From assembly GCA_050015075.1 (NCBI GenBank), contig JBEKCB010000016.1, forward strand, positions 1 to 64,000: a stretch of DNA of 64,000 nucleotides, written 5' to 3'. Positions 47,285 through 56,873 of the stretch are shown here, one piece after another (the stretch's first letter is position 1; every line of letters starts with the position of its first letter). The DNA comes from Candidatus Brocadiia bacterium (GTDB lineage: Bacteria > Planctomycetota > Brocadiia > CAIUPP01). The notes under the pieces were generated by a model that worked only from the letters and a program-made list of their open reading frames with translations, was not told the DNA's origin and searched no databases. The position numbers and the translations under genes were made by a program.

Positions 47285-47881
47285 TCAGTTGGCGCTCCTC
47301 TTCTGCGTCCCGGCGGCTGCGTCGGCCGTTGCAGCGCCCGCCAGCAGGGCGGCGAAATCCCTCGGCGCGCTTTCATCGCCGGGAAGCGTGACTTCCATGA
47401 GGACGTTGATCTCTTTCTCCGTGACGCCGATCACCAGGTAACGCCCGCAGGCGTTCAGGAGGCAGAGATGAGTCTTGGCGCCGAGCGAGATTTTCTCCAC
47501 GATGCGCAGCGGTTTCTCGGTTCCGCCGCGAGCGAACTTCAGCGTGCGGCCGGCGAGGCGCTTGAAGAGGACCAGGCCGCCGAGCAGCAGCGCGCCGATG
47601 AGCACCAGGGCGCCGACCAGGCGCGCCAGCGTGACGCCCACGTGGGGCACCGCCGAGCCGGTCGTATCGGCAGCGCCTTCGGGCGCGTCCATGAACGACG
47701 TCTCCGGCTTGGCGGCCGGGACCGCGGCGGAACTGGACGCCGTGTCCGCGGCGGAGCCGGCGGTCGCGGCCACGGTCGAGGCCGTCCCGGGATCTGCCGC
47801 GGCGACCGCCCCGGCGCACAGCAACACGGCGACCGTCATCGCGACAGGCAGCCATCGGCACTCGGCAGCGATGCGTTTCAC
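47285..47881 (-). CDS. fliO: FliO/FliZ export-gate chaperone
   Basis: GTG start with GGAAGGAG RBS; TM helix, then LRIVEKISLG...YLVIGVT...I. Confidence 0.88.
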   Translation of the reverse strand: MKRIAAECRWLPVAMTVAVLLCAGAVAAADPGTASTVAATAGSAADTASSSAAVPAAKPETSFMDAPEGAADTTGSAVPHVGVTLARLVGALVLIGALLLGGLVLFKRLAGRTLKFARGGTEKPLRIVEKISLGAKTHLCLLNACGRYLVIGVTEKEINVLMEVTLPGDESAPRDFAALLAGAATADAAAGTQKRSAN

Positions 47882-47940
47882 TTTCGGCGCTCCTTCCGTT
47901 GTTCTTCGCCGGCGAATCGGCGGATAAATCGGCAATCGCC

Positions 47941-48363
47941 TTATTTCTCGTTGTCGTTGCGGCTTACGATCTTCGTCACGCGGATTCCGAAACTTTCGTC
48001 CACGATGACCACTTCGCCCTGGGCGAAGAGTTGGCCGCGGACGAAAAGGTCCACCGGCTCGCCGGCTAGCTTGTCGAGCGCGACCACCGAGCCGGGCGTC
48101 AGCCGGAGGATTTCGCGGATTCGCATTTCCGTGGATCCGAGTTGCGCGACGACCGGCACCGACACGTCCATGAGCAGGTCCATATTCCCGGCCTCGCCCG
48201 CCGCCGAGGCGGGACTCAACGGCGCCAGGTCGTGCGGCCGCACGGCCGCCTTGGGGCGCTCATAGCCGGGCGCTGCGGGCGCCGTCTTCGGAGCGGCGGC
48301 CGCCGTGTCATTCGCGCTCTGAGGTTGTCCTGCGGTTTCCGATGCCATCGCCTGTTCCTCCAT
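47941..48363 (-). CDS. fliN: C-ring protein FliN
   Basis: LLMDVSV....LG, LDKLAGEPVD and GEVVIVDESFGIRV motifs. Confidence 0.95.
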   Translation of the reverse strand: MEEQAMASETAGQPQSANDTAAAAPKTAPAAPGYERPKAAVRPHDLAPLSPASAAGEAGNMDLLMDVSVPVVAQLGSTEMRIREILRLTPGSVVALDKLAGEPVDLFVRGQLFAQGEVVIVDESFGIRVTKIVSRNDNEK

Positions 48364-48375
48364 GAAAATGACCTG

Positions 48376-49413
48376 TCAGCCGTCTGTGGATGACTTTTCC
48401 AACCGTTCCACGATCTGCACAGCCTTGACGCGGCCGCGAAGTCCCATCCGCGCCAGGAATGCCGGCCTTCCGCCGATGGAGAGGAGCACGGGCCCTTCGG
48501 CCGGCTGGTCGAGGCGGACGATGTCGCCCGCGCCGAGCTTCAGCAGGTTGCGCAGCGGCACCTCGGCGACGCCGACCGTGATCGTGATCGGCAGGCTGGC
48601 TTGCTCGAGCGTGAAGTTCAGCGCGGCGCGGATGGCGGCGGCCTTCTCGGGGCCCGGGCGCACAGCCATGCGGGTGGAGTCGCCGCCGACCATCGCCTTC
48701 AGGCCGCCGACGGGGACGCAAAGCTGAATCCGTCCCTCGCCCAAGTCGCCCTTCAGCACGAGCGCCGCGGTGAGCACCGGCTCGCCGGTGCTGACGAACT
48801 GCACCTGGTCGAACTCCGGCCGGCGGTCCACCGCCGCCATCTTCACAGGGCAGAAGTCTTTCCATCCTTCTCGGAAACAACGGAGGATCACCTCAATCAC
48901 CCCTTCCGCGGCGGCCTGGTCAATCGAGGTGAGCGGGCGCGGCGCCGGCGGCGTCTTGGAGCGGCCGCCGAGGATCCGGTCCACGAAGGCCAGGCATAGC
49001 TGCGAGTCGAGCATCAGCAGTCCTCGGTCCTGCAGCGGCGCCAGGTCGAGCAGCACCGTGTAGGTGTGTTCGGGAATGCTCTCGGCCAGGAGCCCGAACG
49101 CGAGTTCCTCGCTGCTCTCCATCCGCACGTCCACGTCGGCGCCCACGAAACGGGTCAGCCGTTCCTGGATCAGGTCGGCCACGCCGGAGTGGATGCGGTT
49201 GAGGTTCTTCATCTGCTCGGCGGAGAGGTACTTCGGCCGGCGGAAGTCGTACGCGCGGACAGCCTTCTTCAAGGCCGACGGCCGATCCGCCTTCGCAGGC
49301 TTATCCTCCGCGGCCTGGGCGGCGGTGGAAACTGCGGCGGACGGGTTGCCGGCGGCCGAACCGCCCGCCGGCGCCTGGACTTCGGTCTTCACTTCCTGGG
49401 TCGTCTCGGTCAT
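48376..49413 (-). CDS. fliM: C-ring protein FliM, lacking the N-terminal CheY-binding motif
   Basis: YDFRRP, DRILGG and RPLTSID motifs; C-terminal SpoA domain; ATG at 49413. Confidence 0.92.
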   Translation of the reverse strand: MTETTQEVKTEVQAPAGGSAAGNPSAAVSTAAQAAEDKPAKADRPSALKKAVRAYDFRRPKYLSAEQMKNLNRIHSGVADLIQERLTRFVGADVDVRMESSEELAFGLLAESIPEHTYTVLLDLAPLQDRGLLMLDSQLCLAFVDRILGGRSKTPPAPRPLTSIDQAAAEGVIEVILRCFREGWKDFCPVKMAAVDRRPEFDQVQFVSTGEPVLTAALVLKGDLGEGRIQLCVPVGGLKAMVGGDSTRMAVRPGPEKAAAIRAALNFTLEQASLPITITVGVAEVPLRNLLKLGAGDIVRLDQPAEGPVLLSIGGRPAFLARMGLRGRVKAVQIVERLEKSSTDG

Positions 49414-49445
49414 TTCTTTACCCTGCAATTCCAACTGAAGCCGGT

Positions 49446-50042
49446 TTACTGAACCACGAACTGGGTGAAATACACGCGCGTGATGCCCTGGTCCAGATCG
49501 AGTTTGGTGTTGGCCGTCTCCTGGATCTCCCGGCCGAGCACGTTGCCCGCGTCCGGGTCGTCGAGTTGATCGAGCGTCTTGCCTTTGAGGATTCCGATGA
49601 GGATGTGTTGCAGTTCCGCCTGATTGGTCTTGACCTTCTCCAGCATCGCGGCTCCCGTCAGGACGAACACCGGTTTGACGGAAAGGTAGCGGCGTTCCTG
49701 GGTCTGGTAGACGTTGACGACCAGCGGGTTGTCTATCGTGTACTCGCAAGGTTTCTGTTCCTTCTCGCCGGCAGCGGTCTTTTCGGCCGGCTTGGTTGTT
49801 TCAGCCTCGGCAGGAGCAGGCGCGTTGCGCAGGAGCAGCGAGGCCACCACCAGCGCCGCGCTCGCGGAGCCGATGACCATTCCGACCAGCAGGGCCACCC
49901 CCAGCAGCGGCGAGGGACCCGCCTTGGCCGTTTTCTCGCCCGGCGTCTTGGCTTCCCCGGCGGCTGCGGGCGCGCGGGCCGGTTTTTCCGCGGTCGCCTC
50001 GGCCTGCGGAGCGTCGTTCTTTTTCTCGTTGTTCTCAGCCAT
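49446..50042 (-). CDS. fliL: Basal-body-associated FliL
   Basis: Single TM helix; LVVNV...RYL; ends VYFTQFVVQ. Confidence 0.92.
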   Translation of the reverse strand: MAENNEKKNDAPQAEATAEKPARAPAAAGEAKTPGEKTAKAGPSPLLGVALLVGMVIGSASAALVVASLLLRNAPAPAEAETTKPAEKTAAGEKEQKPCEYTIDNPLVVNVYQTQERRYLSVKPVFVLTGAAMLEKVKTNQAELQHILIGILKGKTLDQLDDPDAGNVLGREIQETANTKLDLDQGITRVYFTQFVVQ

Positions 50043-50057
50043 GCCTGGACTCCATTT

Positions 50058-50858
50058 CTAGCGGACCACTTCGTACTGTGTCACCGGTTTCTTGCGCAGC
50101 GGCTCGGCCTCCGGAAGCGGCGACGTGCCGTAGACAACCTTGGGACGCATGACGAGCGTCACGGAAGCTTCGGCGGCCCTGCCCTTGGGATCGGGCATGG
50201 CGACGCGGCCGATCGCCACGAGACGATCAGCCGGAATTTTCTCGGTCACCGCCAGGTGTCGCCCGATCAACAGCGCCCACTCGGCGGCGCGGCGCAGCAC
50301 TTCGTCCGGCGGCTGGGCGGAGTTTTCCACCGGCAGCGTCGCGCACACCATGACGGTGTGGTCGGTTTGGCGAATCAGGCGCGCGGCCGCAGCCAGTTGG
50401 GCGCGAGCCGGCTCGTTGAGCGGCTCCGGGCGCCCCGTCTCGAGACCGGCGGGCAGGCTCAGCGGCAGCGGCAGGACGACGTCGTTGACGGACTTCACCA
50501 GGTGGCTCAGCGCCTGCTTCAGGTCGCGATCGGGCATTTCGATCAGCCGGCCGGTGTAGACCTCGCCCTGCCCTTCCGGCGTATCTTCCGGGAGGAACTT
50601 GTCGCCCCAGGCGAAGAAGTCGGCCACGCGCCGTGCGCCGCGCAACAGGCCGGGCGTGCCATGGTCGGTGAATCCCTGCCTGAACAGCCCGCTGCCGGGA
50701 CCGGCGTAGCCGAGATTGCGCGCCGAACTCATGCTCGCCCCGTTCACCGTTAAAATGATGAAGAAAGTCATCAGGATCGTCGTCAGGGTCGAAAAGCCCA
50801 CGTACCAGCGCGGCGCGCCATGCGGTTCGTGCTCATGGATTTTAATTCCTCGGCTCAC
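50058..50858 (-). CDS. Divergent MotB-like protein 2, without the conserved Asp
   Basis: PRWYVGFSTLTTILMTFFIIL TM segment; degenerate OmpA-like domain (IPADRLVAIG); GTGA overlap with MotB 1. Confidence 0.8.
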   Translation of the reverse strand: MSRGIKIHEHEPHGAPRWYVGFSTLTTILMTFFIILTVNGASMSSARNLGYAGPGSGLFRQGFTDHGTPGLLRGARRVADFFAWGDKFLPEDTPEGQGEVYTGRLIEMPDRDLKQALSHLVKSVNDVVLPLPLSLPAGLETGRPEPLNEPARAQLAAAARLIRQTDHTVMVCATLPVENSAQPPDEVLRRAAEWALLIGRHLAVTEKIPADRLVAIGRVAMPDPKGRAAEASVTLVMRPKVVYGTSPLPEAEPLRKKPVTQYEVVR

Positions 50859-51598
50859 AGCGCATTCTTCCTTGAAATCGGGAGCACGGTAATCGTCACC
50901 TGCGAGCGCCGGTCCGGCGTCCACGCCGCGGCATGCGGCAGCACCGTGGTTGCGACGGAGAGTTGCTCCATCGGCAGCCGCGCTTTGGCGTGCAGGAAGT
51001 TGCAGACGACGGAGGCACGCTTGAGCGCCAGGGATTCCTCGTTTCCGAAGTTCTCGTCCGGCACGAACAGGTCGTCGGCGTACGCCTGAACGCGCACCTG
51101 GTGCGGCAGGCTGCGGCAGGCATCGGCGATGACGTTCAGTATCCGGTTATCCTCGGCCCCGCCCTTGAGCTCGGCGGAGTTGTCCTCGAAGAGCGTGCCG
51201 CAGAGGACCTCGATTTCAAATCCCTTCTCCGTCAGCTTGTACTGCAGCGCATTCGAAAGGACCGAGGCGCGCACCCGCACGTCGAGCCCTTGATAGACGG
51301 TGTTCAGGTTCCCCGTTTGGTCGCCGGAGAGAGTCTCATATCCGCTCATCTGGACACGGCCGCCGGCGGTATCGGGGTGCGCAATGACGCTGTCGTTGTC
51401 AATGAGCGATGTTCCCGCCACGCCCGCGCCTCCACCGAGCAAGCCCGGCCCCTTGCCGTAAGTGCCCTTGCCGGTTCCCGAGAACCCGGCCAGCAGGACG
51501 AAGAAGCACAGCAGCACCACGCGCATGTCGGAGAACGTCACCATCCAATGCGGGACCAGGGGCGGATGCGACTTGCCCATCACGATCTTTTTGCTCAT
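50855..51598 (-). CDS. motB: Stator MotB-like protein 1
   Basis: PHWMVTFSDM...LLCFFVLL; OmpA-like LF...SAEL and N..LA..RA.VV. Confidence 0.87.
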   Translation of the reverse strand: MSKKIVMGKSHPPLVPHWMVTFSDMRVVLLCFFVLLAGFSGTGKGTYGKGPGLLGGGAGVAGTSLIDNDSVIAHPDTAGGRVQMSGYETLSGDQTGNLNTVYQGLDVRVRASVLSNALQYKLTEKGFEIEVLCGTLFEDNSAELKGGAEDNRILNVIADACRSLPHQVRVQAYADDLFVPDENFGNEESLALKRASVVCNFLHAKARLPMEQLSVATTVLPHAAAWTPDRRSQVTITVLPISRKNAL

Positions 51599-51634
51599 CC
51601 GGTTTCTTCACCTTTCATTCGCGGTCCGGATTGA

Positions 51635-52420
51635 CTACGCCGCCTTCTTGGCATGTTCCAGGCGCAGGCTGGCGCGCTGCTTCGGCTCGATGAACGACTT
51701 GAGTTTCTCTTCGACCAGGCGCGGGTTGAGGCCGGCCTGAATCGCCGAGATGCCTTCGATCACCAGTTGCCGCGAGAGCGTCTCCTGCTTGCTGCGCAGT
51801 TCGAGCTTTCCGGCGAGCGGGATGCAGACCAGGTTGGCCAGCAGCGAGCCGTAGAACGTGGCGACGAGCGCCGTGGCCATGCCCTCGCCGATCGCCGAGG
51901 CATCCTTCATGTTCGACATCATGCCCACCAGCCCGATCAGCGTCGCGATCATGCCGAAAGAGGGAAACATCGCGCCCATATGGTCGAGCACGCTCTTGCC
52001 GACCATGTGGCGCTGGCGCAGTTGCTCGACCTCGGTCGTCAGCACCTCGTTAAGAACGGTGGCATCCGTGCCGTCCACGACCAGTTGGATCGCTTTCTGG
52101 ACGAACGGGTCCTTGACCTCGTCGAGCGAATTTTCCAGCGCGAGCAGTCCCTCCGACCGCGCGACGCGCGCGAGCTTGACCATCCGCGCGATCTCCTCCG
52201 TCGGCGAAGGGAGTTTGTACAGGAATGTCTTCTTCACCACCGAGAACATGCCGACGAAGCGGCTCAGCGGGAAGTGGATCATCGTCGAGGTCATGGTGCC
52301 GCCGACGCAGATCAGGATGCCGGGGATGTCAATGAAGATCCCCACTCCGGGTCCCATGACGAGCGAGACCAGGATCAGCGTCAGTCCGAGGAAGATGCCG
52401 CCTATCGTCGCGATGTCCAT
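51635..52420 (-). CDS. motA: Stator MotA/PomA-like protein
   Basis: MDIATIGG, VGGT, ARSEGLLALE, PSFGMI.TLIGL, TFYG and IQAG.NP motifs. Confidence 0.95.
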   Translation of the reverse strand: MDIATIGGIFLGLTLILVSLVMGPGVGIFIDIPGILICVGGTMTSTMIHFPLSRFVGMFSVVKKTFLYKLPSPTEEIARMVKLARVARSEGLLALENSLDEVKDPFVQKAIQLVVDGTDATVLNEVLTTEVEQLRQRHMVGKSVLDHMGAMFPSFGMIATLIGLVGMMSNMKDASAIGEGMATALVATFYGSLLANLVCIPLAGKLELRSKQETLSRQLVIEGISAIQAGLNPRLVEEKLKSFIEPKQRASLRLEHAKKAA

Positions 52421-52472
52421 GATTCTCTTCCCTCAAAAAGTCCATTCTGCAAACGGCGTCCGGCCATCCGGC

Positions 52473-53186
52473 TTACTCCGTCACCGGCTTCATCAGCGCC
52501 ATCCGTTCGGTCAGCTTGGCGGCGGTATCCTGGTCGAGTTGCTCGATGATCTTGCCGGCCGCGCGCTCGCGCATGAGGAAGAGCGTCTTCGCGGCGGTCT
52601 GCTCGTCGAGTTTCTTGACGATCAGCACGGCGCGTTCCGGTTTCATCGCCTCGTAGGATGCGGCGAGCTGTTTGAGGTTCTTGGCCTCGAGCGTCTGAAT
52701 TTCGGTGACCTGCCGGTCCATGCCCTCGCGGGCTTTCTTGATCTCTTCCCATTGCGAGACGACCTTCTCGCGCAGCGCCAGCAACTGCTCGCGCTCCTTG
52801 GCGATCTCCGCGCGGCTCAAGTCCACGCGTTTCTTCTCGCGGTCGAGCTCCTGCGCCCGCTCGACGCAGAGTTGCCGCTCGCCTTTGAGGTCCTCGATCA
52901 ACTGCGCGATCTCCGCGCCGGAGAGCGGCTTCATGTCGCGGTAAGTCGGGACGTCTTCCTTCACTTCCTCCACGGGCTTGGGCTCAAGGGAGCCGCCGTG
53001 GCGCCAGGTGGCGATGGACACGGCCATCGGCCCGATGACCGGCAGGCGCGCGACGGCCGGCGCGGCGGCCGGAGAGTGCGTGACGGCCACCGTCAGCGCG
53101 GCGGTCAGGCTGACGAAGAACGCCAGAACGCAGGCGAGCACGGTGATGATGCGTCGCCGCCATGTGCCGAATAGCATCTGGATCAT
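52473..53186 (-). CDS. MotE/FlbB-like protein (MgtE_N-like C-terminus)
   Basis: TM helix and coiled coil; LAASYEAMKPERA...M.ER.AGKI; lies after fliJ. Confidence 0.8.
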   Translation of the reverse strand: MIQMLFGTWRRRIITVLACVLAFFVSLTAALTVAVTHSPAAAPAVARLPVIGPMAVSIATWRHGGSLEPKPVEEVKEDVPTYRDMKPLSGAEIAQLIEDLKGERQLCVERAQELDREKKRVDLSRAEIAKEREQLLALREKVVSQWEEIKKAREGMDRQVTEIQTLEAKNLKQLAASYEAMKPERAVLIVKKLDEQTAAKTLFLMRERAAGKIIEQLDQDTAAKLTERMALMKPVTE

Positions 53187-53752
53187 GCTGAGACTCCTGT
53201 AGTAAGGCCGGATTGGGACTGCCGGAGGTCGGTCGTGGCATGCCGCGAGCGTTCCCTGGAAGCGTCATGCCGGTCGTGGTGCGCCGAGACGTCCTGGGTT
53301 GTCGCCCCGGTTCTGGCGGTTGCCACGCGGACGGACGCCGTGTCGTCGGCGACCTGGACCTGCTGCCGCGTATCTTCCGTCTGGTACTCCGCGTGCAGGC
53401 GCTCGCGGAGCCGCTCGTAGGACTTGCGTGCGGTCGCGGCTTCTTTGAGGCGCTCGCGGACGGCCTCGGCCTGCCGCTCGGCGGCGCGGAGCAGTTCGCG
53501 TTCGCGGCCGGCGCGCTGCCGCAGCGTTTCCGTGGCGTGCAGCAGTTCCCTCAGCAGGCGCGGCTCGATCCGGCCTTTCTGGCTCTCGCGGATCCGCCCT
53601 TCCCATTCCGCCCAGAGACGCATCGTCTGCTCGAGCTGCCGGCGCGCTTCCGTCTCGGCCGCCTGGGCCCGGGCGAGTTCGATCTGCACGCTGCGTTCGC
53701 GCTGCGCCGCGACGTCGAGCAGGGTCTGATGGCGGAACTGGAATCGCTTCAT
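53183..53752 (-). CDS. fliJ: Export chaperone FliJ
   Basis: MKRFQFR.QTLL N-terminus; coiled coil; K.YERLRE; ATGA overlap with fliI. Confidence 0.85.
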   Translation of the reverse strand: MKRFQFRHQTLLDVAAQRERSVQIELARAQAAETEARRQLEQTMRLWAEWEGRIRESQKGRIEPRLLRELLHATETLRQRAGRERELLRAAERQAEAVRERLKEAATARKSYERLRERLHAEYQTEDTRQQVQVADDTASVRVATARTGATTQDVSAHHDRHDASRERSRHATTDLRQSQSGLTTGVSA

Positions 53753-55092
53753 GTCAGATTTGCTCCCTTGAGATTCGGGGCCGGTTCCTGCACCAGTTCG
53801 ACGAGGCGCTGCACGTCGCGCTGCATGTCGTGCGAGCACTCGTTGACGGTCTGCCGGCGATACTCGTTCGCGCGCGGGCAGAAGGCGATGGCCTGGTCAA
53901 TGTCGGCGCTCGAGCCTTTCTTATAGGCGCCGATGTTGACCATGTCCTCGGCCTCGCGGTACGTGTAGGTGATCGCCTTGAACCGCTGCGCCGCGCCCAG
54001 GTGTTCCTTGGTCACGATGTCCGGCATGGTGCGGCTGACGCTCTCGTGAATGTCAATGGCCGGGTAGAACCCGCGCGAGGCGAGCTTGCGCGAGAGGACG
54101 ATGTGCCCGTCGAGGATCGAGCGCACCTGGTCGGAAAGCGGCTCGTTGGTGTCGTCGCCTTCGACGAGCACGGCGTAGAAGCCGGTGATGCTGCCTTTGC
54201 GGTTGCGGCCGGCGCGTTCGAGCAGCTTGGGCAGCATGGCGAAGACCGAAGGCGTGTAGCCGCGCGTCGTCGGCGGCTCGCCGATCGCCAGGCCCACCTC
54301 GCGCATGGCCGTGGCGACCCGCGTGACGGAATCCATAATGAGCATCACGTCATGGCCCAGGTCGCGGAAATACTCCGCGATCGTGGTCGCCACGAAGGCG
54401 CCCTTCATCCGCACCAGCGCCGGCTGGTCCGACGTCGCGGCCACCACCACGGAATGTTCCAGGGCGTCCTGCAGGTTGTGCTGCAGGAAGTCCCGCACTT
54501 CGCGGCCGCGCTCGCCGACCAGCGCAATGACGTTGACGGAGGCCTTGGTGTGCTTGGCGATGGCGCCCAGGAGCATGCTCTTGCCCACGCCGCTGCCGCC
54601 GAAGATGCCGATGCGCTGCCCTTTGCCGCAGGTGAGCAGGCCGTCAATCGCGCGCACGCCGATCGGCAGCGGCTCGACGATGCACGGACGGTCCATCGGG
54701 CAAGGCGCATGGCCGTGCACCAAGCGCTCCTGCGAGGAGAGGATCGGCCCGCGCCCGTCAATCGGATTTCCCAGTCCATCCACCACGCGGCCGAGTAGGT
54801 TCTCGGAAACGCCCAGGCTGAACAGGCGGCCGCGCGAGACGACTTCGTCGCCGTACGCGATGCCGCTCATTTCGGAGAGCGGCATCAGCAGCGTGCGGTC
54901 GTCGCGGAAGCCGACGACTTCGGCCGTGACCACGCGGCTGCCGTCGAGCGAGCGGATCTCGACCATCTCGCCGACGGAGGCCGCCGGCCCGTTCGATTCG
55001 ACCACCAGCCCGATGATCTTGCTGACGCGCCCCAGCCAGCGGTACGGCCGGGTGCGCTCGATCCGGGCGATGTATTCCTGTTGAATGCTCAT
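53749..55092 (-). CDS. fliI: Type III export ATPase FliI
   Basis: GQRIGIFGGSGVGKS, GERGREV, MDSVTR, GEPP and LDGH motifs. Confidence 0.97.
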   Translation of the reverse strand: MSIQQEYIARIERTRPYRWLGRVSKIIGLVVESNGPAASVGEMVEIRSLDGSRVVTAEVVGFRDDRTLLMPLSEMSGIAYGDEVVSRGRLFSLGVSENLLGRVVDGLGNPIDGRGPILSSQERLVHGHAPCPMDRPCIVEPLPIGVRAIDGLLTCGKGQRIGIFGGSGVGKSMLLGAIAKHTKASVNVIALVGERGREVRDFLQHNLQDALEHSVVVAATSDQPALVRMKGAFVATTIAEYFRDLGHDVMLIMDSVTRVATAMREVGLAIGEPPTTRGYTPSVFAMLPKLLERAGRNRKGSITGFYAVLVEGDDTNEPLSDQVRSILDGHIVLSRKLASRGFYPAIDIHESVSRTMPDIVTKEHLGAAQRFKAITYTYREAEDMVNIGAYKKGSSADIDQAIAFCPRANEYRRQTVNECSHDMQRDVQRLVELVQEPAPNLKGANLT

Positions 55093-55823
55093 GACGCTGG
55101 TTCCGATTCCAGGTTTCCGCCGGCCGACTGATCAGCGGTTTCGGAGCGGGCCGCGGCGGCTTCCGACTTTTGATTTCCCAGCAGCGCCGCGGTCATCTCG
55201 TCGAGGCGCGTTTCCAGCCGCGCGTCGAGTTTGCCGAAGCCGGTTTCGAGGATGACGCCGCCGGGCTTGATCTCCTGCGAGGCCTGCAACGCAATCTTGG
55301 CTTTCTCGAGGCGTTCGGCGGCGCCCGGCGACTGCTTGAGGCGCTCGAGGTCGTCCGGATGCAGGCGCACGGCGAAGACCTTGCGGCCTTCGGCTTCGGC
55401 CAGCAGGGCGTTGACCATCTCGCCGACGATGGCGGGGTTCGTTTTCATTTCGCCCATGACCACGCGCCGCGCGATGGCCAGGCTCAGTTCGAGAATCTCC
55501 GCGCGACGCGTCTGTTCGGCCGCCGGGGAGAACTGCGCCTGCAGTTGTTCGACCGCGCCGGCCAGGGCGTTGGCGGCCTGGAATGTCTTGCGCTGCTCGG
55601 CCTGGCGCAGGCCGTCTTCGAGCCCCTTCTGATAGGCTTCCCGCCGGATTTTCTCGCTGCCGCTTTCGCCGGGATCCTCGCTCGAATAGTCAAGCGCGGA
55701 ACCGAGCGGTTCGAGGACGTGGCAAACGACCTCCGATTTCCGGTCTCCGCTTTCCGAATGCGCCGCGGCCGGCTCGTCGGGCATTTCGCATTCGCTGATC
55801 TGGAGGATAGTGCTTCGCTTCAT
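55089..55823 (-). CDS. fliH: FliH export ATPase regulator
   Basis: AYQKGLEDG, LAIARRV, VRLHPDD and GGVILETGFG.LDA motifs. Confidence 0.9.
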   Translation of the reverse strand: MKRSTILQISECEMPDEPAAAHSESGDRKSEVVCHVLEPLGSALDYSSEDPGESGSEKIRREAYQKGLEDGLRQAEQRKTFQAANALAGAVEQLQAQFSPAAEQTRRAEILELSLAIARRVVMGEMKTNPAIVGEMVNALLAEAEGRKVFAVRLHPDDLERLKQSPGAAERLEKAKIALQASQEIKPGGVILETGFGKLDARLETRLDEMTAALLGNQKSEAAAARSETADQSAGGNLESEPAS

Positions 55824-56842
55824 ACGAGCGGGTCCTCCTCGGAGCTGCCGCCGCGCAGGTTGACTTCGCCGGTGGAGCCCAGCTTCCGTACGATGTCCAC
55901 GATCTGCTGCTGCGCGGCCTTGACCTGCGAGCGCGGCTTGGGGCCGAGCAATTCGAGTTCTTCAGTCACGGTCTCGGCGGCGCGCCGGGAGAGGTTCGCG
56001 AAGATCTTCTGCTTCAACGGCTCCGAAGCGGTCTTCAGCGCCATGGCCAGGATCTGCGTGTCCACGGACATCAGCACCTTGCGCATGCCCGCGTCGTTGA
56101 GGGTGAGGAGGTCCTCGAAAGTGAACATCATGTCGCGGATGCGCTTGACCATCTCGGGGGACTCGCCGGAGAGTTCCTTCAGGATCTTCTCTTCAGCGGC
56201 GGGGCCGAGCAGGTTGATGAGTTCCGCGACGCGCTTGAATTTCTTTTCGGTGCCGCTGGAGCCCTTGTCGCGCGAGGCGTCCACGGCGCCCTTGTTGCGG
56301 ATGAGGTCGCCGAGTTTCTTGAGAATGTTGCCGTCGGTCTGCTGGCTGACCGCCATGCGCCGGATGACGTCGGTCTGCATGTCGGGACTGAAGAGGGCCA
56401 GCGTGGGCGCGGCGAGCTTGGGGTCCACGTGCGTCAGGATGACGGAGATGGTCTGCGGGTGCTCGTCGGCGAGCAGCTTGTAGAGTTCCTCGGCGGGCAG
56501 CGAGCGCAGCGGCTGGAAGATTTTCTCGGTGGACGTGTCGGCGCCGATCTCCTGGAGCAGGTGCCGCGCGCCGTCATGTCCGACGGCCAGCTCGAGGCGC
56601 TCGCGAAGGACCAACGGGTTGGCCGCGATGCCGCTGGACGATTCGTTCGAGCGGAGCGCGAATTCGTGCAGAACGGCCGAGGCGATCTGCGGCTGCACGT
56701 CGCCAAGGCCGTGCATCTCGCGCGTGACCGCGGCCAGGTCGCTTTCCGAAAGGTTCTTCAGCACCGCCGCGGCGGTCTCCGAATCCACCGACAGCAGCAC
56801 GGTCGCCGCCTTTTGTCCGCCTGAGAGTTCCACGATGTCCAT
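55820..56842 (-). CDS. fliG: Rotor protein FliG
   Basis: QKAA..LL, EHPQ and MFTFEDL motifs; torque helix NLSRRAAETVTEE. Confidence 0.95.
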   Translation of the reverse strand: MDIVELSGGQKAATVLLSVDSETAAAVLKNLSESDLAAVTREMHGLGDVQPQIASAVLHEFALRSNESSSGIAANPLVLRERLELAVGHDGARHLLQEIGADTSTEKIFQPLRSLPAEELYKLLADEHPQTISVILTHVDPKLAAPTLALFSPDMQTDVIRRMAVSQQTDGNILKKLGDLIRNKGAVDASRDKGSSGTEKKFKRVAELINLLGPAAEEKILKELSGESPEMVKRIRDMMFTFEDLLTLNDAGMRKVLMSVDTQILAMALKTASEPLKQKIFANLSRRAAETVTEELELLGPKPRSQVKAAQQQIVDIVRKLGSTGEVNLRGGSSEEDPLV

Positions 56843-56873
56843 TCCTTACAAAGCCGTTATCGGCGTTCCGCCG

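Noticed and set aside
50058-50858. MotB2 as a pseudogene
   Set aside because: Full-length open frame with an RBS and translational coupling.
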